From a virus, in the IMG/VR virus record IMGVR_UViG_3300036800_000175, positions 45,877 to 109,876 of that record: a DNA stretch of 64,000 nucleotides; one strand, given 5' to 3'. Below are positions 36,223 to 45,347 of this stretch, one piece after another (the stretch's first letter is position 1; each line of letters starts with the position of its first letter). The notes under the pieces were generated by a model that was given only the letters and a program-made list of their open reading frames with translations, was not told the origin of the DNA and made no database searches. A program made the position numbers and the translations under genes.

Positions 36223-36842
36223 GACGGGCCGTCGGTGCAGTATTCGCAGCCGGGACACGGGCAGCAGATCGCGCAGATGCCGAGCGGCTCGCCCCAGCAG
36301 CCGACTTCGGTCCGCCGGTGGTGGCGCAGCAGCAGGCAACCCCACCACTCGGCCGGCCGCCAGAGGATCATGCCGCTGCCCCACCGCCAGCCGGTGTGGC
36401 AGCCGGTGCAGCCGCCGCCCCAGCTCGCGGAGGTGGATCCGCCGACGCCGAGCATGGCCAGCCAGTGATCTGCCCGGCGGGTGATCCTCCACGACTGCCA
36501 CTTGTGGTGGTGGGAGTGGGCACACCCGGAGTGGGCGGCGGCTTCGGAGTCCCACGCGCAGTACATGCACGGCGCGGGGTAACCCTCGCTGGCGTGGACG
36601 AACGTGACCGGGTGCCCGGCGTCGCATTCGATGCGTTGCAGGCCGGGGATTTCCATGGGGGCGTGGCGGGGGCAGCCAGCGCGGTCGGTGATGGGCTGGC
36701 CGCACAGGTTGCAGGAGAATCCCCAGTCGTGGTAGTCGCAGTCGCAGCCCTCATCGCCGGTGGCGCGGAGGCAGCCGAACAGCTCGAGGTACGGCGGGGG
36801 TGGCGGGCTGGCGGCGGTGGTGGGTGCGGTCATCTCTCTCAT
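36219..36842 (-). CDS. Cys/His-rich hypothetical protein
   Basis: Many CxxC; ATGA coupling with HNH gene. Confidence 0.55.
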   Translation of the reverse strand: MREMTAPTTAASPPPPPYLELFGCLRATGDEGCDCDYHDWGFSCNLCGQPITDRAGCPRHAPMEIPGLQRIECDAGHPVTFVHASEGYPAPCMYCAWDSEAAAHSGCAHSHHHKWQSWRITRRADHWLAMLGVGGSTSASWGGGCTGCHTGWRWGSGMILWRPAEWWGCLLLRHHRRTEVGCWGEPLGICAICCPCPGCEYCTDGPS

Positions 36843-37330
36843 CTCCGTGCTGCGTGTGGTGCTGGGGTCTCCGCGGCCTGTCCAACCCCCCGGTAGACCG
36901 GGCCGCGGAGACCGTCTAAGGGGCCGGCCAGTGCCGGCGGTGGTGGCCCGTCCCACGAGTGCCGGGACAGGCCCTTGGGGTAGGCGTCGGGGAACGCCTC
37001 ATCGGTGATCGCGGTGTGACACGGCCTGGCCACGACCGCCATGTTCGGCGGGTCGGTGATGCTGCCACCGCGGGCGCGGGACAAGATTTCGTGGACGTCG
37101 TCAGCGAGCCGGCCGCAACCGCAGTCGCACAGCGGCGGCGGCTCATACACGGGGAACAGGACGGCGATCACCTTGGCGCGGACCCGGTTTTCCGCCGCCC
37201 GCTTGGCGGACACCGCCCGGATCGGGCCGCCCCGCTCGAGCGAGCTGGACCGGCCGGGCTCCCCCGTCCGCGTCAGCGGGGTGCGGGAGACCAGCGGGAC
37301 GGTGCGCGGCTTCATCGGGGAACGCTTCAC
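36839..37330 (-). CDS. HNH endonuclease-like protein
   Basis: CDCGC...DVHEILSRARGGS..DPPN.....PCH. Confidence 0.75.
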   Translation of the reverse strand: MKRSPMKPRTVPLVSRTPLTRTGEPGRSSSLERGGPIRAVSAKRAAENRVRAKVIAVLFPVYEPPPLCDCGCGRLADDVHEILSRARGGSITDPPNMAVVARPCHTAITDEAFPDAYPKGLSRHSWDGPPPPALAGPLDGLRGPVYRGVGQAAETPAPHAARR

Positions 37331-37737
37331 GACCGGGCCGCCTCCCGGTCCTCATCACGCCATCCCGGGGGTTGCCGGGCGCGGTCGGTGTCGATCGCGG
37401 CGACCAGGCGCCGGGCGGCGAAGTACAGGGCTGTCTCAGCGCGCATGAGTGCGGGGACGGAGTCTTCGGTCATGGCCAGTTCGAGTTCGGCCAGCAGCAG
37501 CGCGAGGGCACGGTGTACCGCGTCGCGGGCGGCAGCGGCGACGCCGGGGGTTTCATGGTCGTCGTCCCGCCAGCCTTTGGGTTGCCGGGCACGGTTGGCG
37601 TCCAGGCAGCGGACCAGCCGCCGGCAGGCGAAGTACAGGGCCGCCTCAGTGCCCCGGTCGCGGGCCAGCAGCAGTTTGATGGAATGACGTTTTACGGTCT
37701 CCCGGGCTGCGATCACCTCACCGCCGACTAGGCTCAT
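37327..37737 (-). CDS. hypothetical protein with internal duplication
   Basis: Two E.ALYFA.RRLV..D..RARQP.GWRD.D units. Confidence 0.6.
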   Translation of the reverse strand: MSLVGGEVIAARETVKRHSIKLLLARDRGTEAALYFACRRLVRCLDANRARQPKGWRDDDHETPGVAAAARDAVHRALALLLAELELAMTEDSVPALMRAETALYFAARRLVAAIDTDRARQPPGWRDEDREAARS

Positions 37738-38822
37738 GCGGCCTCGCCGGTGAGTTCGGTGTACCGGGCTTTGAGGTAGTCGATCAGGGGCTCATGGACG
37801 TCGGGGTCGTGGTCAGTGCACACCGACGTGTCTGGCGGGACCTGCTGGCGCTTGCACTGGGCGACCAGTTTGTTGATGTCGTCGCCACTGGTGGCCAGGC
37901 CGGCGAGATCCGCGATCCGCTGCGCCGCGTCCTCTTCGGTGGTGAGCATGGCGGCCAGATCCTCGATCCGCTCAGCGGCATCCTCCGGCGGGGGCACGTC
38001 GCCGGGATTGGCCCGGTCTGCGAGAGCTGCGGGCAGGGCGCGCTGTTCCGGCACGCCCTTCAACTGGGCGATCAGGCCGGCCGGCCCGGCGGGCAGTTGC
38101 CCTTGAGCGATCTGCCGCATGGACAGGCCGATTTGCAGGCTCAGCACCGGGTACGGGCTGCCGTCATCGGCGCGCTTCCGCCAGTGGATGAACAGCACTG
38201 CCGGGAGGTAGACCCCGCCTTCGCGGGCGATTTCCATCGCCTCACCGGAGTCCGCGATCTCTACGGCAGCGTTTTCGCTGCCGGTGTTGATCCTGAACAC
38301 GCCGGTCATGCCGGGCAGGTCGGGGATGGTGACACTGATGCGGGTCAGCACCTTGCACGCCTGCGGCGGCCGCAACTTGGACAGGCGATTGCGCTCATCG
38401 TGGGCGCGGCGCACCGACGCTGCGTCGGTGGGGTCATCGGCCAGCGGGCACATGCAGGACTTGCCTGAGAGTTCCTCAGTGATCCCGTCGCAGCGGCGCA
38501 GGCGGCGCTGGCCGTCCCACAGTTCCATGCTGGTGTCGACCGGCTGGCCGCGGGCGGGCACCCACACGTCCAGGGCGGTGCGGTCGGTGATGACCTCGAA
38601 GTAGCCCCGGCGCTGCGGCCAGGGGGCGACCGTGCCGCTCTCGTAGTGGGCGGCGACCGCCTCAGCAGTCTGCCGGGTGGGGAGGGTGAACCGGAACGTA
38701 TCGAGGCGGACCGGCTGGCGGCCTTTCTTGCCGGGCACCTCCTTGGAGGTGCCGATACGGATCTCACCGAGCGGGAGACTGCGGCGTTGCAGGCCGAGCA
38801 ACTCAGGGGCACGTATGGGCAT
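37734..38822 (-). CDS. Gp3-like (recombination directionality factor-like) protein
   Basis: LGEIRIG...PVRLDTFRFT...ELW....RRCDG...C.C...CK...R.SV.IPDLPG..GVFR..T.S.NAA.E. Confidence 0.65.
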   Translation of the reverse strand: MPIRAPELLGLQRRSLPLGEIRIGTSKEVPGKKGRQPVRLDTFRFTLPTRQTAEAVAAHYESGTVAPWPQRRGYFEVITDRTALDVWVPARGQPVDTSMELWDGQRRLRRCDGITEELSGKSCMCPLADDPTDAASVRRAHDERNRLSKLRPPQACKVLTRISVTIPDLPGMTGVFRINTGSENAAVEIADSGEAMEIAREGGVYLPAVLFIHWRKRADDGSPYPVLSLQIGLSMRQIAQGQLPAGPAGLIAQLKGVPEQRALPAALADRANPGDVPPPEDAAERIEDLAAMLTTEEDAAQRIADLAGLATSGDDINKLVAQCKRQQVPPDTSVCTDHDPDVHEPLIDYLKARYTELTGEAA

Positions 38823-38828
38823 GGGGGG

Positions 38829-40010
38829 TCACGCCGCCTTCACTTTGGGGGGTTCGTCCGCGAGTCGCAGGCCGTGATCGGCCAGCATGATCCGGATGGT
38901 TTCGATGAGCTTCGGGCCGATGCCCTTGATCGCGAGGACGTCAGCCGGGGTGAACCGGGCCAGGTCCTCAAGTTCGGCGTCCGCTCCCAGTGCTTTGCGG
39001 AGCGGGGCGAGGGCGTGGCCGTAGCCTTCGCTGGCCAGGTCGCACACCCGCGGGCCGGGCAGCGTCCCGTCGGGCCGCAGCGCCCGGATGACCTTCCCGG
39101 GCTTGGCCTTGACTTTCTGCCGGTCACGGAAGATCCCCGCGGCGACCTGGAATCGTTGCCACGCGGCTTCGTCGTCGTCACCGGCGACCAGCATGAGCAG
39201 GTAGCCACCGGGGTATTCGGGCCGCAGGTGCAGCACGGCACCGGCGTCGGACGGCGGGGTCGGGTGCATCTCACGGAGGCGCAGCGCGCATTCGGGCATG
39301 CGCCGGTAGGCGGCGAGTTGCTCTTTCCAGGTCCCTTCCGGGTTCTTCCCTGTTTTGGTGTCGATGCAGAGCACCAGCAGGTTGCCGGGGGACGCGATGA
39401 CCTGCCCGTTGAGGATGGCGTAACCCTCAAGCACGACGATCATGTCGAGTGTGCCGGCGATGCCAAGCGGCTGGTTGTACACCTGCATCTCAGTCGCGAG
39501 GAACCGGGGGTTGAAGTCGTGGACCCACTGGACGAACCCGTCCGCCATGAAGTCAACGACGTCGGTGAGGGGCAGCCATTCGTCGGCGCCCATGTTGTAC
39601 CAGGCGTCGGCCAGATGATCCGGGAGCAGCGGATAGGGGACGGTGGCGCCCTCAGCGCCTGCGGCGGCCCAGTAGATCAGGGCTTCCTGCACGTCGTGGA
39701 TGTAGGTGCCGGCTTCGGCCCGCATCTCGCGGATCCGTTCCGCCTCATCCTTCCCGAGTTGGATGGCTTCGTCGCGGCCCTGGTCGCGGAGGGTCTGGGC
39801 GAGCAAGGTCATGTGGTCGACGGCCCACGCCATCGACACCCCGCCGGACCATTTGACCAGCCACGGTTTCGCGTCGGTGGCACCGATCACGGTGGTGACG
39901 GAGTCGAGCAGTTCCCCGGTCGGCGGGTACGGGTAGTGCCGGCCGTCCCGGTCCTCAAATCTGGCGGCCGGGTCTGCGGCTGGGGGTGCGGCGGTCACCG
40001 TGTCCACCAC
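38829..40010 (-). CDS. PD-(D/E)xK exonuclease with C-terminal HhH
   Basis: SVTTVI, KPWL..W, GTYIH, IAGTLD, IDTKTG, QLAAY; IKGIGPK. Confidence 0.8.
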   Translation of the reverse strand: MVDTVTAAPPAADPAARFEDRDGRHYPYPPTGELLDSVTTVIGATDAKPWLVKWSGGVSMAWAVDHMTLLAQTLRDQGRDEAIQLGKDEAERIREMRAEAGTYIHDVQEALIYWAAAGAEGATVPYPLLPDHLADAWYNMGADEWLPLTDVVDFMADGFVQWVHDFNPRFLATEMQVYNQPLGIAGTLDMIVVLEGYAILNGQVIASPGNLLVLCIDTKTGKNPEGTWKEQLAAYRRMPECALRLREMHPTPPSDAGAVLHLRPEYPGGYLLMLVAGDDDEAAWQRFQVAAGIFRDRQKVKAKPGKVIRALRPDGTLPGPRVCDLASEGYGHALAPLRKALGADAELEDLARFTPADVLAIKGIGPKLIETIRIMLADHGLRLADEPPKVKAA

Positions 40011-40360
40011 CCGGCGGTCAGCGCGGTGAGCGCCTGCGTGGCGTAGACATCTGCGATCTCCGCAGCGACTTCCTGCCGGCCGGGGCAGGTCAGGCCGGGA
40101 TCCACCTCACGCCAGTCCGCCACCCCGGACAGCAGGTCGTCGCGCAGCGCGACCGCCTCAGCGGCCTCTTCCCACCGGATGCGCAGCGCCTCGCCGCCCA
40201 GCGCCGCCCATGCGTCCAGGCAGGTAGCGACATGGCGGGGGGAGCGGGTGCCTTCGACGTAGCCGGCGGCGAGGCTGTCCAGCAGCCCGGTCAGCAGCCG
40301 GTCCCGGGTCCGGTCCGGGGCGTAGACCAGGGTGACCCGTTCGGGGGCGACCGCGGTCAT
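39995..40360 (-). CDS. hypothetical protein
   Basis: 121 aa, coupled. Confidence 0.55.
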   Translation of the reverse strand: MTAVAPERVTLVYAPDRTRDRLLTGLLDSLAAGYVEGTRSPRHVATCLDAWAALGGEALRIRWEEAAEAVALRDDLLSGVADWREVDPGLTCPGRQEVAAEIADVYATQALTALTAGWWTR

Positions 40361-40638
40361 GACGTGCTGCCGGCTGTGGCGGGCGCAGTCTCGCGGAGGC
40401 AGTTAGCGTCGCACCACGCGCGGAGTTTCCCGCCCACCTGATACAGGGCGGGCCGGTCCTCGCGGGCGAAATCCCCGACGATGGCCGGGACGATCAGCGT
40501 CTGATGGTCGGCGCGGGTGTACAGGGCGCGCGGCGGCATCCGGGTCCGCTTCGCCTTGACCGGCGGCGGATCGGCGCGGCCGTCCAGGTAGGCCCACTGC
40601 GGGTGGTCGGCCAGGACCGTTTCCAGGGTGCCGGTCAT
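40357..40638 (-). CDS. hypothetical protein
   Basis: MTGTLETV start, ATGA coupling. Confidence 0.55.
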   Translation of the reverse strand: MTGTLETVLADHPQWAYLDGRADPPPVKAKRTRMPPRALYTRADHQTLIVPAIVGDFAREDRPALYQVGGKLRAWCDANCLRETAPATAGSTS

Positions 40639-40904
40639 GCTGCTGCCGCCTTCCGTGCGTTCATTGCGTCCAGCCGGTCCGCGGCCTGCGTCCACGCGGC
40701 TGCGTGCGCGCGGGCCAGTTCCGGATCGGTGACCCATCCCCAGGACCCGTCCTCGTACTGGAAGTGCACGGCGGGCCGCGGGTCGTTGCGGGGGTGGTCG
40801 GTGAGCAGGGGGACGCCCATCACGGACGGCGGCTGGTAGTGGTAGGCACCGCGCCGGGCGGGGGGTTGTGCCTCCGCCGGCCCGGGGGTGGTGTGTCGTG
40901 TCAC
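40635..40904 (-). CDS. hypothetical protein
   Basis: GAGG RBS, GTG start. Confidence 0.5.
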   Translation of the reverse strand: MTRHTTPGPAEAQPPARRGAYHYQPPSVMGVPLLTDHPRNDPRPAVHFQYEDGSWGWVTDPELARAHAAAWTQAADRLDAMNARKAAAA

Positions 40905-40989
40905 GGGCTGATCGCCTCTGTTTCTGTTAGAATGCGGACCGGCTGATCGCCGGCCAGCCCCGGTCTGAACCACCGGGGCTGCTGCCTTT

Positions 40990-41292
40990 TCAGGCCGCCG
41001 CAGCTCGCTTGGGGGTAGGGGTTTCGGTGGCGGGGCGGGGGATGTCCTGCTGGCGTGCGGGCGGGTCAAGGAGCAGGGATCCGATCTCCAAGCCGAGGAC
41101 CAGCTCGAGGATCGCGCGGCGTGCCGTGCCCGGGTTGGCGCCGGCTTCGATGAGGCCGATGTTCCGGCCATCCACCGGGGCCAGGTACTTTTCGCCGCAC
41201 AGACGGCCTAGGGCCTGCTGTGACAGATTCAGCCGCTTTCGTGCTTCGCGGAGGGCTCCCCCGTCGATCTGGGGGCACTTTGCGAGGGGCAT
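40990..41292 (-). CDS. Cro-like XRE HTH protein
   Basis: LREARKRLNLSQQALG...IGLIEAG; heads the early leftward operon. Confidence 0.8.
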   Translation of the reverse strand: MPLAKCPQIDGGALREARKRLNLSQQALGRLCGEKYLAPVDGRNIGLIEAGANPGTARRAILELVLGLEIGSLLLDPPARQQDIPRPATETPTPKRAAAA

Positions 41293-41299
41293 GCTCAGT

Positions 41300-41385
41300 A
41301 AAGTAGCGCCAAAGAAGCGCCGGCCGCAAGTCCTTCGGCCGGCGCGCCCGGCTCGACCTCAGCGCCGCCTTGGCGCTAAGTTGTC
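41300..41385. promoter_or_regulatory. divergent promoter/operator region of the genetic switch
   Basis: TAGCGCCAA (41304) and TTGGCGCTA (41370) inverted; AGCGCC-N5-GGCGCT palindrome 41361-41377. Confidence 0.55.
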
Positions 41386-41427
41386 TGGCAACACTTCCCC
41401 CGGCATCACCGGAAGGGGCACCCCCCA

Positions 41428-41835
41428 GTGCCAGACACGACCTACAGGTATGCGCGGCTCGCCGCAGAGATGGACAGGGACCGCCGCGCCAACGGCTGGC
41501 GGTGGGCTGACATCGCCGCCCGCGGCGGCCCGTCGGTCGCGCAGCTGCGGGACCTGATGCACGGCCGGACCGGGGAGCTGTACCCGTCCACCATCCCGAA
41601 GATCGCCCGCGGCATGGGCTGGACGGAAGATCACGTCCGCGGGCTCATCGCTGACGCCGACCCGTTCGACGCCGCAGTCACCGCGGCGTCGCGGGAAGTC
41701 GCGGAGGCGTTCGCGGCCCATTTCCGGGGCCAGGACGTCACCCCGGGTGAGATCGACGCGTGGTTCGCAGGTGGTGAGGTGGCGGAGATCGTGACCCGGC
41801 ACGGCCTGGCACGGCCGCGCAGCCGCGAGGCTTAG
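41428..41835 (+). CDS. CI-like immunity repressor
   Basis: RRANGWRWADIAARGGPSVAQLRDLMHG...TIPKIARGMGW; divergent from Cro-like gene. Confidence 0.7.
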   Translation: MPDTTYRYARLAAEMDRDRRANGWRWADIAARGGPSVAQLRDLMHGRTGELYPSTIPKIARGMGWTEDHVRGLIADADPFDAAVTAASREVAEAFAAHFRGQDVTPGEIDAWFAGGEVAEIVTRHGLARPRSREA

Positions 41836-42062
41836 CCGGCGACGCGGAGCCGCTGGCGGGTTCCCCCGCCGTCGTTTTCCCCCCGCTGGGCGTTCAGGAC
41901 GCCGCGGGTGATCGCTTCCACGATCCGCTGATATTCCTCGTCGGGCCGGCGCGGCCGGCGTGGCATCTTGCCGCCCCTGCGGTACCGGACGGCTACGGTG
42001 GCTGCGGCTGCGGCGCAGACGGCGGCCGCGGTCAGTGCCCAGGCGGCCTTTCCTGGCATCAT
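41832..42062 (-). CDS. small membrane-anchored protein
   Basis: N-terminal TM, GGGAGG RBS. Confidence 0.5.
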   Translation of the reverse strand: MMPGKAAWALTAAAVCAAAAATVAVRYRRGGKMPRRPRRPDEEYQRIVEAITRGVLNAQRGENDGGGTRQRLRVAG

Positions 42063-42319
42063 CCGGCGGGGTTTCCCTCCCTTGTGGCGTGTCGCGGGGT
42101 CCGGGCGTCACGGGTGTGTCTGGTGGGACCTGGGGGTTTGAGCCACCCGCAGGCCACTGAGGTTACCCTCAGTTATCAGCCGGTCGCTAGGGGTAGCGGT
42201 GAGTGAGTTATGTCATCCAGGTTAGGTGCAGATGTAGTAAAGGAACCTGGGTTACGGCCGCTATGTGCGGGTAGCGTGCCGCCCATGCGCATATCCCGTA
42301 ATACATAGCGTGGCCCAGC

Positions 42320-42601
42320 GTGACCACCGACCACATTGACCACGAGGGCGAAACGCCCATTTACTTGCAGCTTGCGAACATTCTCCGCCAGCAGATACTA
42401 GCTGGCGAACTCCTGCCACGACGCCCGATCCCCTCTAAGCGCACACTCACCCAACGGCACGGGATCGCCGGCGTCACAGTGGACAAAGCGACCAGGATCC
42501 TCAAAGACGAGGGCCTGCTCAACACAGTGCCCGGGAAGGGATTGTATGTCCGGGCACCCGAAGATCAGGGGGGAGGCGGGGGGACCGGGCTAGTGAGCTA
42601 G
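42320..42601 (+). CDS. GntR-family wHTH regulator (HTH only)
   Basis: PIYLQLANILRQQILAGEL...IPS...TVDKA..ILKDEGL...PGKGLYV. Confidence 0.9.
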   Translation: MTTDHIDHEGETPIYLQLANILRQQILAGELLPRRPIPSKRTLTQRHGIAGVTVDKATRILKDEGLLNTVPGKGLYVRAPEDQGGGGGTGLVS

Positions 42602-42831
42602 CCACGTCCGCCATTCCTCCCGGCCGTGAACGGCGGGGAGGAATGGCGGGCCGCCGGCGTGCCGGCCAGTTGCCCCGCCAGATCGTCCAGAGTCTCCGCC
42701 TGGATCTCCCCGGGGCGCCCCGGCTTATACGCCGACCAGCCCCCCGGGGAGCGGTAAATCCGGTAGCCGCTGGTCTCACGGAGATGCGCCAGCTGCCGGT
42801 CAAGGCGCGACTGCACGGCCCAGGTCGTCAT
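42598..42831 (-). CDS. small hypothetical protein
   Basis: MTTWAVQSR...GYRIYR...AETLDDLAGQL. Confidence 0.5.
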   Translation of the reverse strand: MTTWAVQSRLDRQLAHLRETSGYRIYRSPGGWSAYKPGRPGEIQAETLDDLAGQLAGTPAARHSSPPFTAGRNGGRG

Positions 42832-43112
42832 CAGTGCACCCCGCCGCGGCCGGTCCGCTGATCGTGCACCGGGTCTGCCGCGCGCACACCGCGGCCGGTC
42901 AGCGGCTGGCATAGCAGCCGGGTTTCCGCCTGGCACACCTGGACGCGGAGCTGGTCGCTGATCGCGGCCAGATCCGCCCACGCCGCCGTGATCGCGGCGG
43001 CCGCGGCGGCCGCGGCATCGGGGTCACCCGTCCCGCCCTCCCAGTGGGCCAGGTGATCCCGGAGCGCGCCGACATTGTCTTGCAGTGCGTCAAGATGCCC
43101 GGTGGCAGCCAT
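42831..43112 (-). CDS. hypothetical protein
   Basis: GGGGAGGA RBS. Confidence 0.55.
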   Translation of the reverse strand: MAATGHLDALQDNVGALRDHLAHWEGGTGDPDAAAAAAAAITAAWADLAAISDQLRVQVCQAETRLLCQPLTGRGVRAADPVHDQRTGRGGVH

Positions 43113-43380
43113 CGTGTCCTCCCCTGACGGGAGGGGACTGCGGCGCTCAAAGGCAGATGGCGCGGCCCCCCCGTTCCGTGGGCACGGCTCGAGGGGACCG
43201 CCATTACCGAAGGGTAACCGTCCTGGTCGTCCGCCCGCTGCCTGACCGCGGGGATTACTGCTGCCGTGCCCACGAACAAACCGTAATCAGCCTGCGGCAA
43301 CGTGTACACCTACTCACCCAGCCGCACCCAGAATGTCACCAGCAGGTTAGGCCGACGTACCCACGGTGAGAGCGGGCAGG

Positions 43381-43644
43381 TTAACGTACCTGCCCCAGCC
43401 GCGCATGCGGCCCCGGATGCACGCCACCCCACGGGCAGTGCTGGCAGCAGCACCGGCCCCGGTCATGCACATCCGCGGCGGGGACGATCGCCGCGACCAG
43501 CAGACCGGCCTCAGTCAGCCCGACCGCATGGATGCCGCGCCTGACCACAGCGTCGATCCCGTCGGCCACGCCGGTCACGTCGGCTATCCCGGACGGCTCA
43601 CGGCCGAGCCCGGTCACGTCGACCTGCATCAGGATCTCGCTCAT
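43381..43644 (-). CDS. small protein, weakly Phd/YefM-like
   Basis: ATGA-coupled to glycosyltransferase; VGLTEAGLLVAAIVP. Confidence 0.45.
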   Translation of the reverse strand: MSEILMQVDVTGLGREPSGIADVTGVADGIDAVVRRGIHAVGLTEAGLLVAAIVPAADVHDRGRCCCQHCPWGGVHPGPHARLGQVR

Positions 43645-44399
43645 GCGGCGGCAGACAGGGACATCCCGCTGGCCAGCAGCGCCTGAGCGCGCCGCTTGAT
43701 GATCAGGTTCCGCGCCGGCCACTCAACGGGGTCGGTGTGCGCCGCGTCCGCAGTCATCTGTGCCGGCCATTTCCGGTACAGCATCCCCACGTCGCGGATG
43801 AACCATCCGGTACTGGTCGCGTTCAAAGCCATCATCAGGCCCGTGTCGGCGCCCGCGGGCAGGGCCATCCACCCGCCCAAAGCCATCAGGGCGCCGTACC
43901 GGATGCACATGGTGGCCGGATGGACCTGAGCCCGGTAGCCGTGGGTGAGCCAGTGGCCCAGCACCGCACCCTGGTCAAGCGTCCCGGTCAGTGGGTCGTT
44001 GCCGAAACCGACGGTGGTGCCGTCGGGCATCAGATCCAGCACCCCGCAGGTCGTCCACATCACATGCGGCCGGGCGGCCAGCACCTTGATTTCCCGGTCC
44101 AGTGTGCCGGGGGTGAGCAGGTCGTCGGCGTCCAGGACCTTGACCAGTTCGCCGTCCGCGCGGGACAGTGCCATGTTCCGGGTGATCGCCTCCCCGCCTT
44201 TGCGGCCGTGCCCGACGCTGATACGCGGATCCAGATCGGTGAGGTAGTCCACGACGCCGGTCTGGCCGTCTTCCTGCACGCACCATTGCCAGTCCCACCC
44301 GCGCGGCATGACCTGCGCGGCCAGCGAGTTGTAGGTGTCGCGGATGTGCCCGGCCGCCGGTGCGTGCACGGGGGTAACAACAGAGACGATGCGGGTCAC
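43641..44399 (-). CDS. GT2-family glycosyltransferase
   Basis: VSVVTPVH, VQEDG, TRNMAL, LDADDLL, LGGW...AGAD, YRKW. Confidence 0.9.
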   Translation of the reverse strand: MTRIVSVVTPVHAPAAGHIRDTYNSLAAQVMPRGWDWQWCVQEDGQTGVVDYLTDLDPRISVGHGRKGGEAITRNMALSRADGELVKVLDADDLLTPGTLDREIKVLAARPHVMWTTCGVLDLMPDGTTVGFGNDPLTGTLDQGAVLGHWLTHGYRAQVHPATMCIRYGALMALGGWMALPAGADTGLMMALNATSTGWFIRDVGMLYRKWPAQMTADAAHTDPVEWPARNLIIKRRAQALLASGMSLSAAA

Positions 44400-45211
44400 G
44401 CTGGCCACCTTTGCAGCTGGGTTGTGTAGGCGAACACGGTCCGGTCGCCCGGCAGGATCACCTCTGAATACTCCGCCACGTCCCCCGCCGTGTCGATAGA
44501 CGTTTTCCGGAGCACCAGCACCGATTCGCCATCGTCAAGATCCAGCAGATGCTTTTCGTCGTCGCTCGCCGGCCGGCCGGTGAGCTCGTCGGTGATCTTG
44601 TCGATCTCGATCCCGACGGTGCGGAGTTGATGCATGGTGCCGCCTGGCCACGGTTCGTTGCCGGAGTCCAGCAGGTCAGGGTTCGCGGCGACCAGGTCAT
44701 AGCGCAGCCACGAGGTGACGATGTTCAGCGGCACGTCTTTCGCCTCGCGGACGCTGGTCGCATAGGTGCGGCGCAGCATCGGGGTGCCTTCGGGTATCCC
44801 GAATCGTTCCGCGACATCCCCGGGCGCGGCCGTCATCTCATAGCCCGCAGTGAACAGCAGGTCGCCCATTTCAAGGCCGGTGTCGTGCTCGGTGGCACCC
44901 GTCTCACCCCGCTCGAGCGGCGTGAGCAGCGCCCGGTCCTTTTCCCACTGGTAGCGGGTGGTGTGGTCGCGGCGCACAGGGTGACGCGGGATCCGGACGA
45001 ACGTCCCCCGGCCTTTCTCAGTGCGGATTAGTCCTTCGCCGCGGATGACGTCGATCGCGTGCCGGACCGTGGTCCGCGACACCCCGTAGGCGGCGGCGAG
45101 TTCAGGTTCGCTTGGCAGCTTCTCCCCCGGGCCCAGGTCGCCGCTCGCGATCCGCTCGCGCAGGCCGGCGGCTACCTGGATGTGCTGCGGCCGGTAGTCG
45201 TGTGTGGTCAC
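44396..45211 (-). CDS. GntR/HutC-type repressor with UTRA domain (Kor-like)
   Basis: LPSEPELAAAYGVSRTTVRHA...GRGTFVR plus C-terminal UTRA; divergent from transfer-like operon. Confidence 0.9.
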   Translation of the reverse strand: MTTHDYRPQHIQVAAGLRERIASGDLGPGEKLPSEPELAAAYGVSRTTVRHAIDVIRGEGLIRTEKGRGTFVRIPRHPVRRDHTTRYQWEKDRALLTPLERGETGATEHDTGLEMGDLLFTAGYEMTAAPGDVAERFGIPEGTPMLRRTYATSVREAKDVPLNIVTSWLRYDLVAANPDLLDSGNEPWPGGTMHQLRTVGIEIDKITDELTGRPASDDEKHLLDLDDGESVLVLRKTSIDTAGDVAEYSEVILPGDRTVFAYTTQLQRWPA

Positions 45212-45240
45212 GGACCACAAGTTAACACGCCGGTATGTCT

Positions 45241-45298
45241 ACCTGTCTGAACAGGTTGGCGTGAACCTGTTGACATGTCTGCCAAGTCTGCTTACGCT
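45241..45298 (+). promoter_or_regulatory. sigma70-type promoter with adjacent GntR-type operator
   Basis: TTGACA(45270)-N17-TACGCT(45293); palindrome ACCTGT-CTGA-ACAGGT 45241-45256. Confidence 0.75.
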
Positions 45299-45347
45299 GG
45301 CAACAGCGCAGAACATGGCAGACATGCCTACAGGTTGGAGACAGCCG

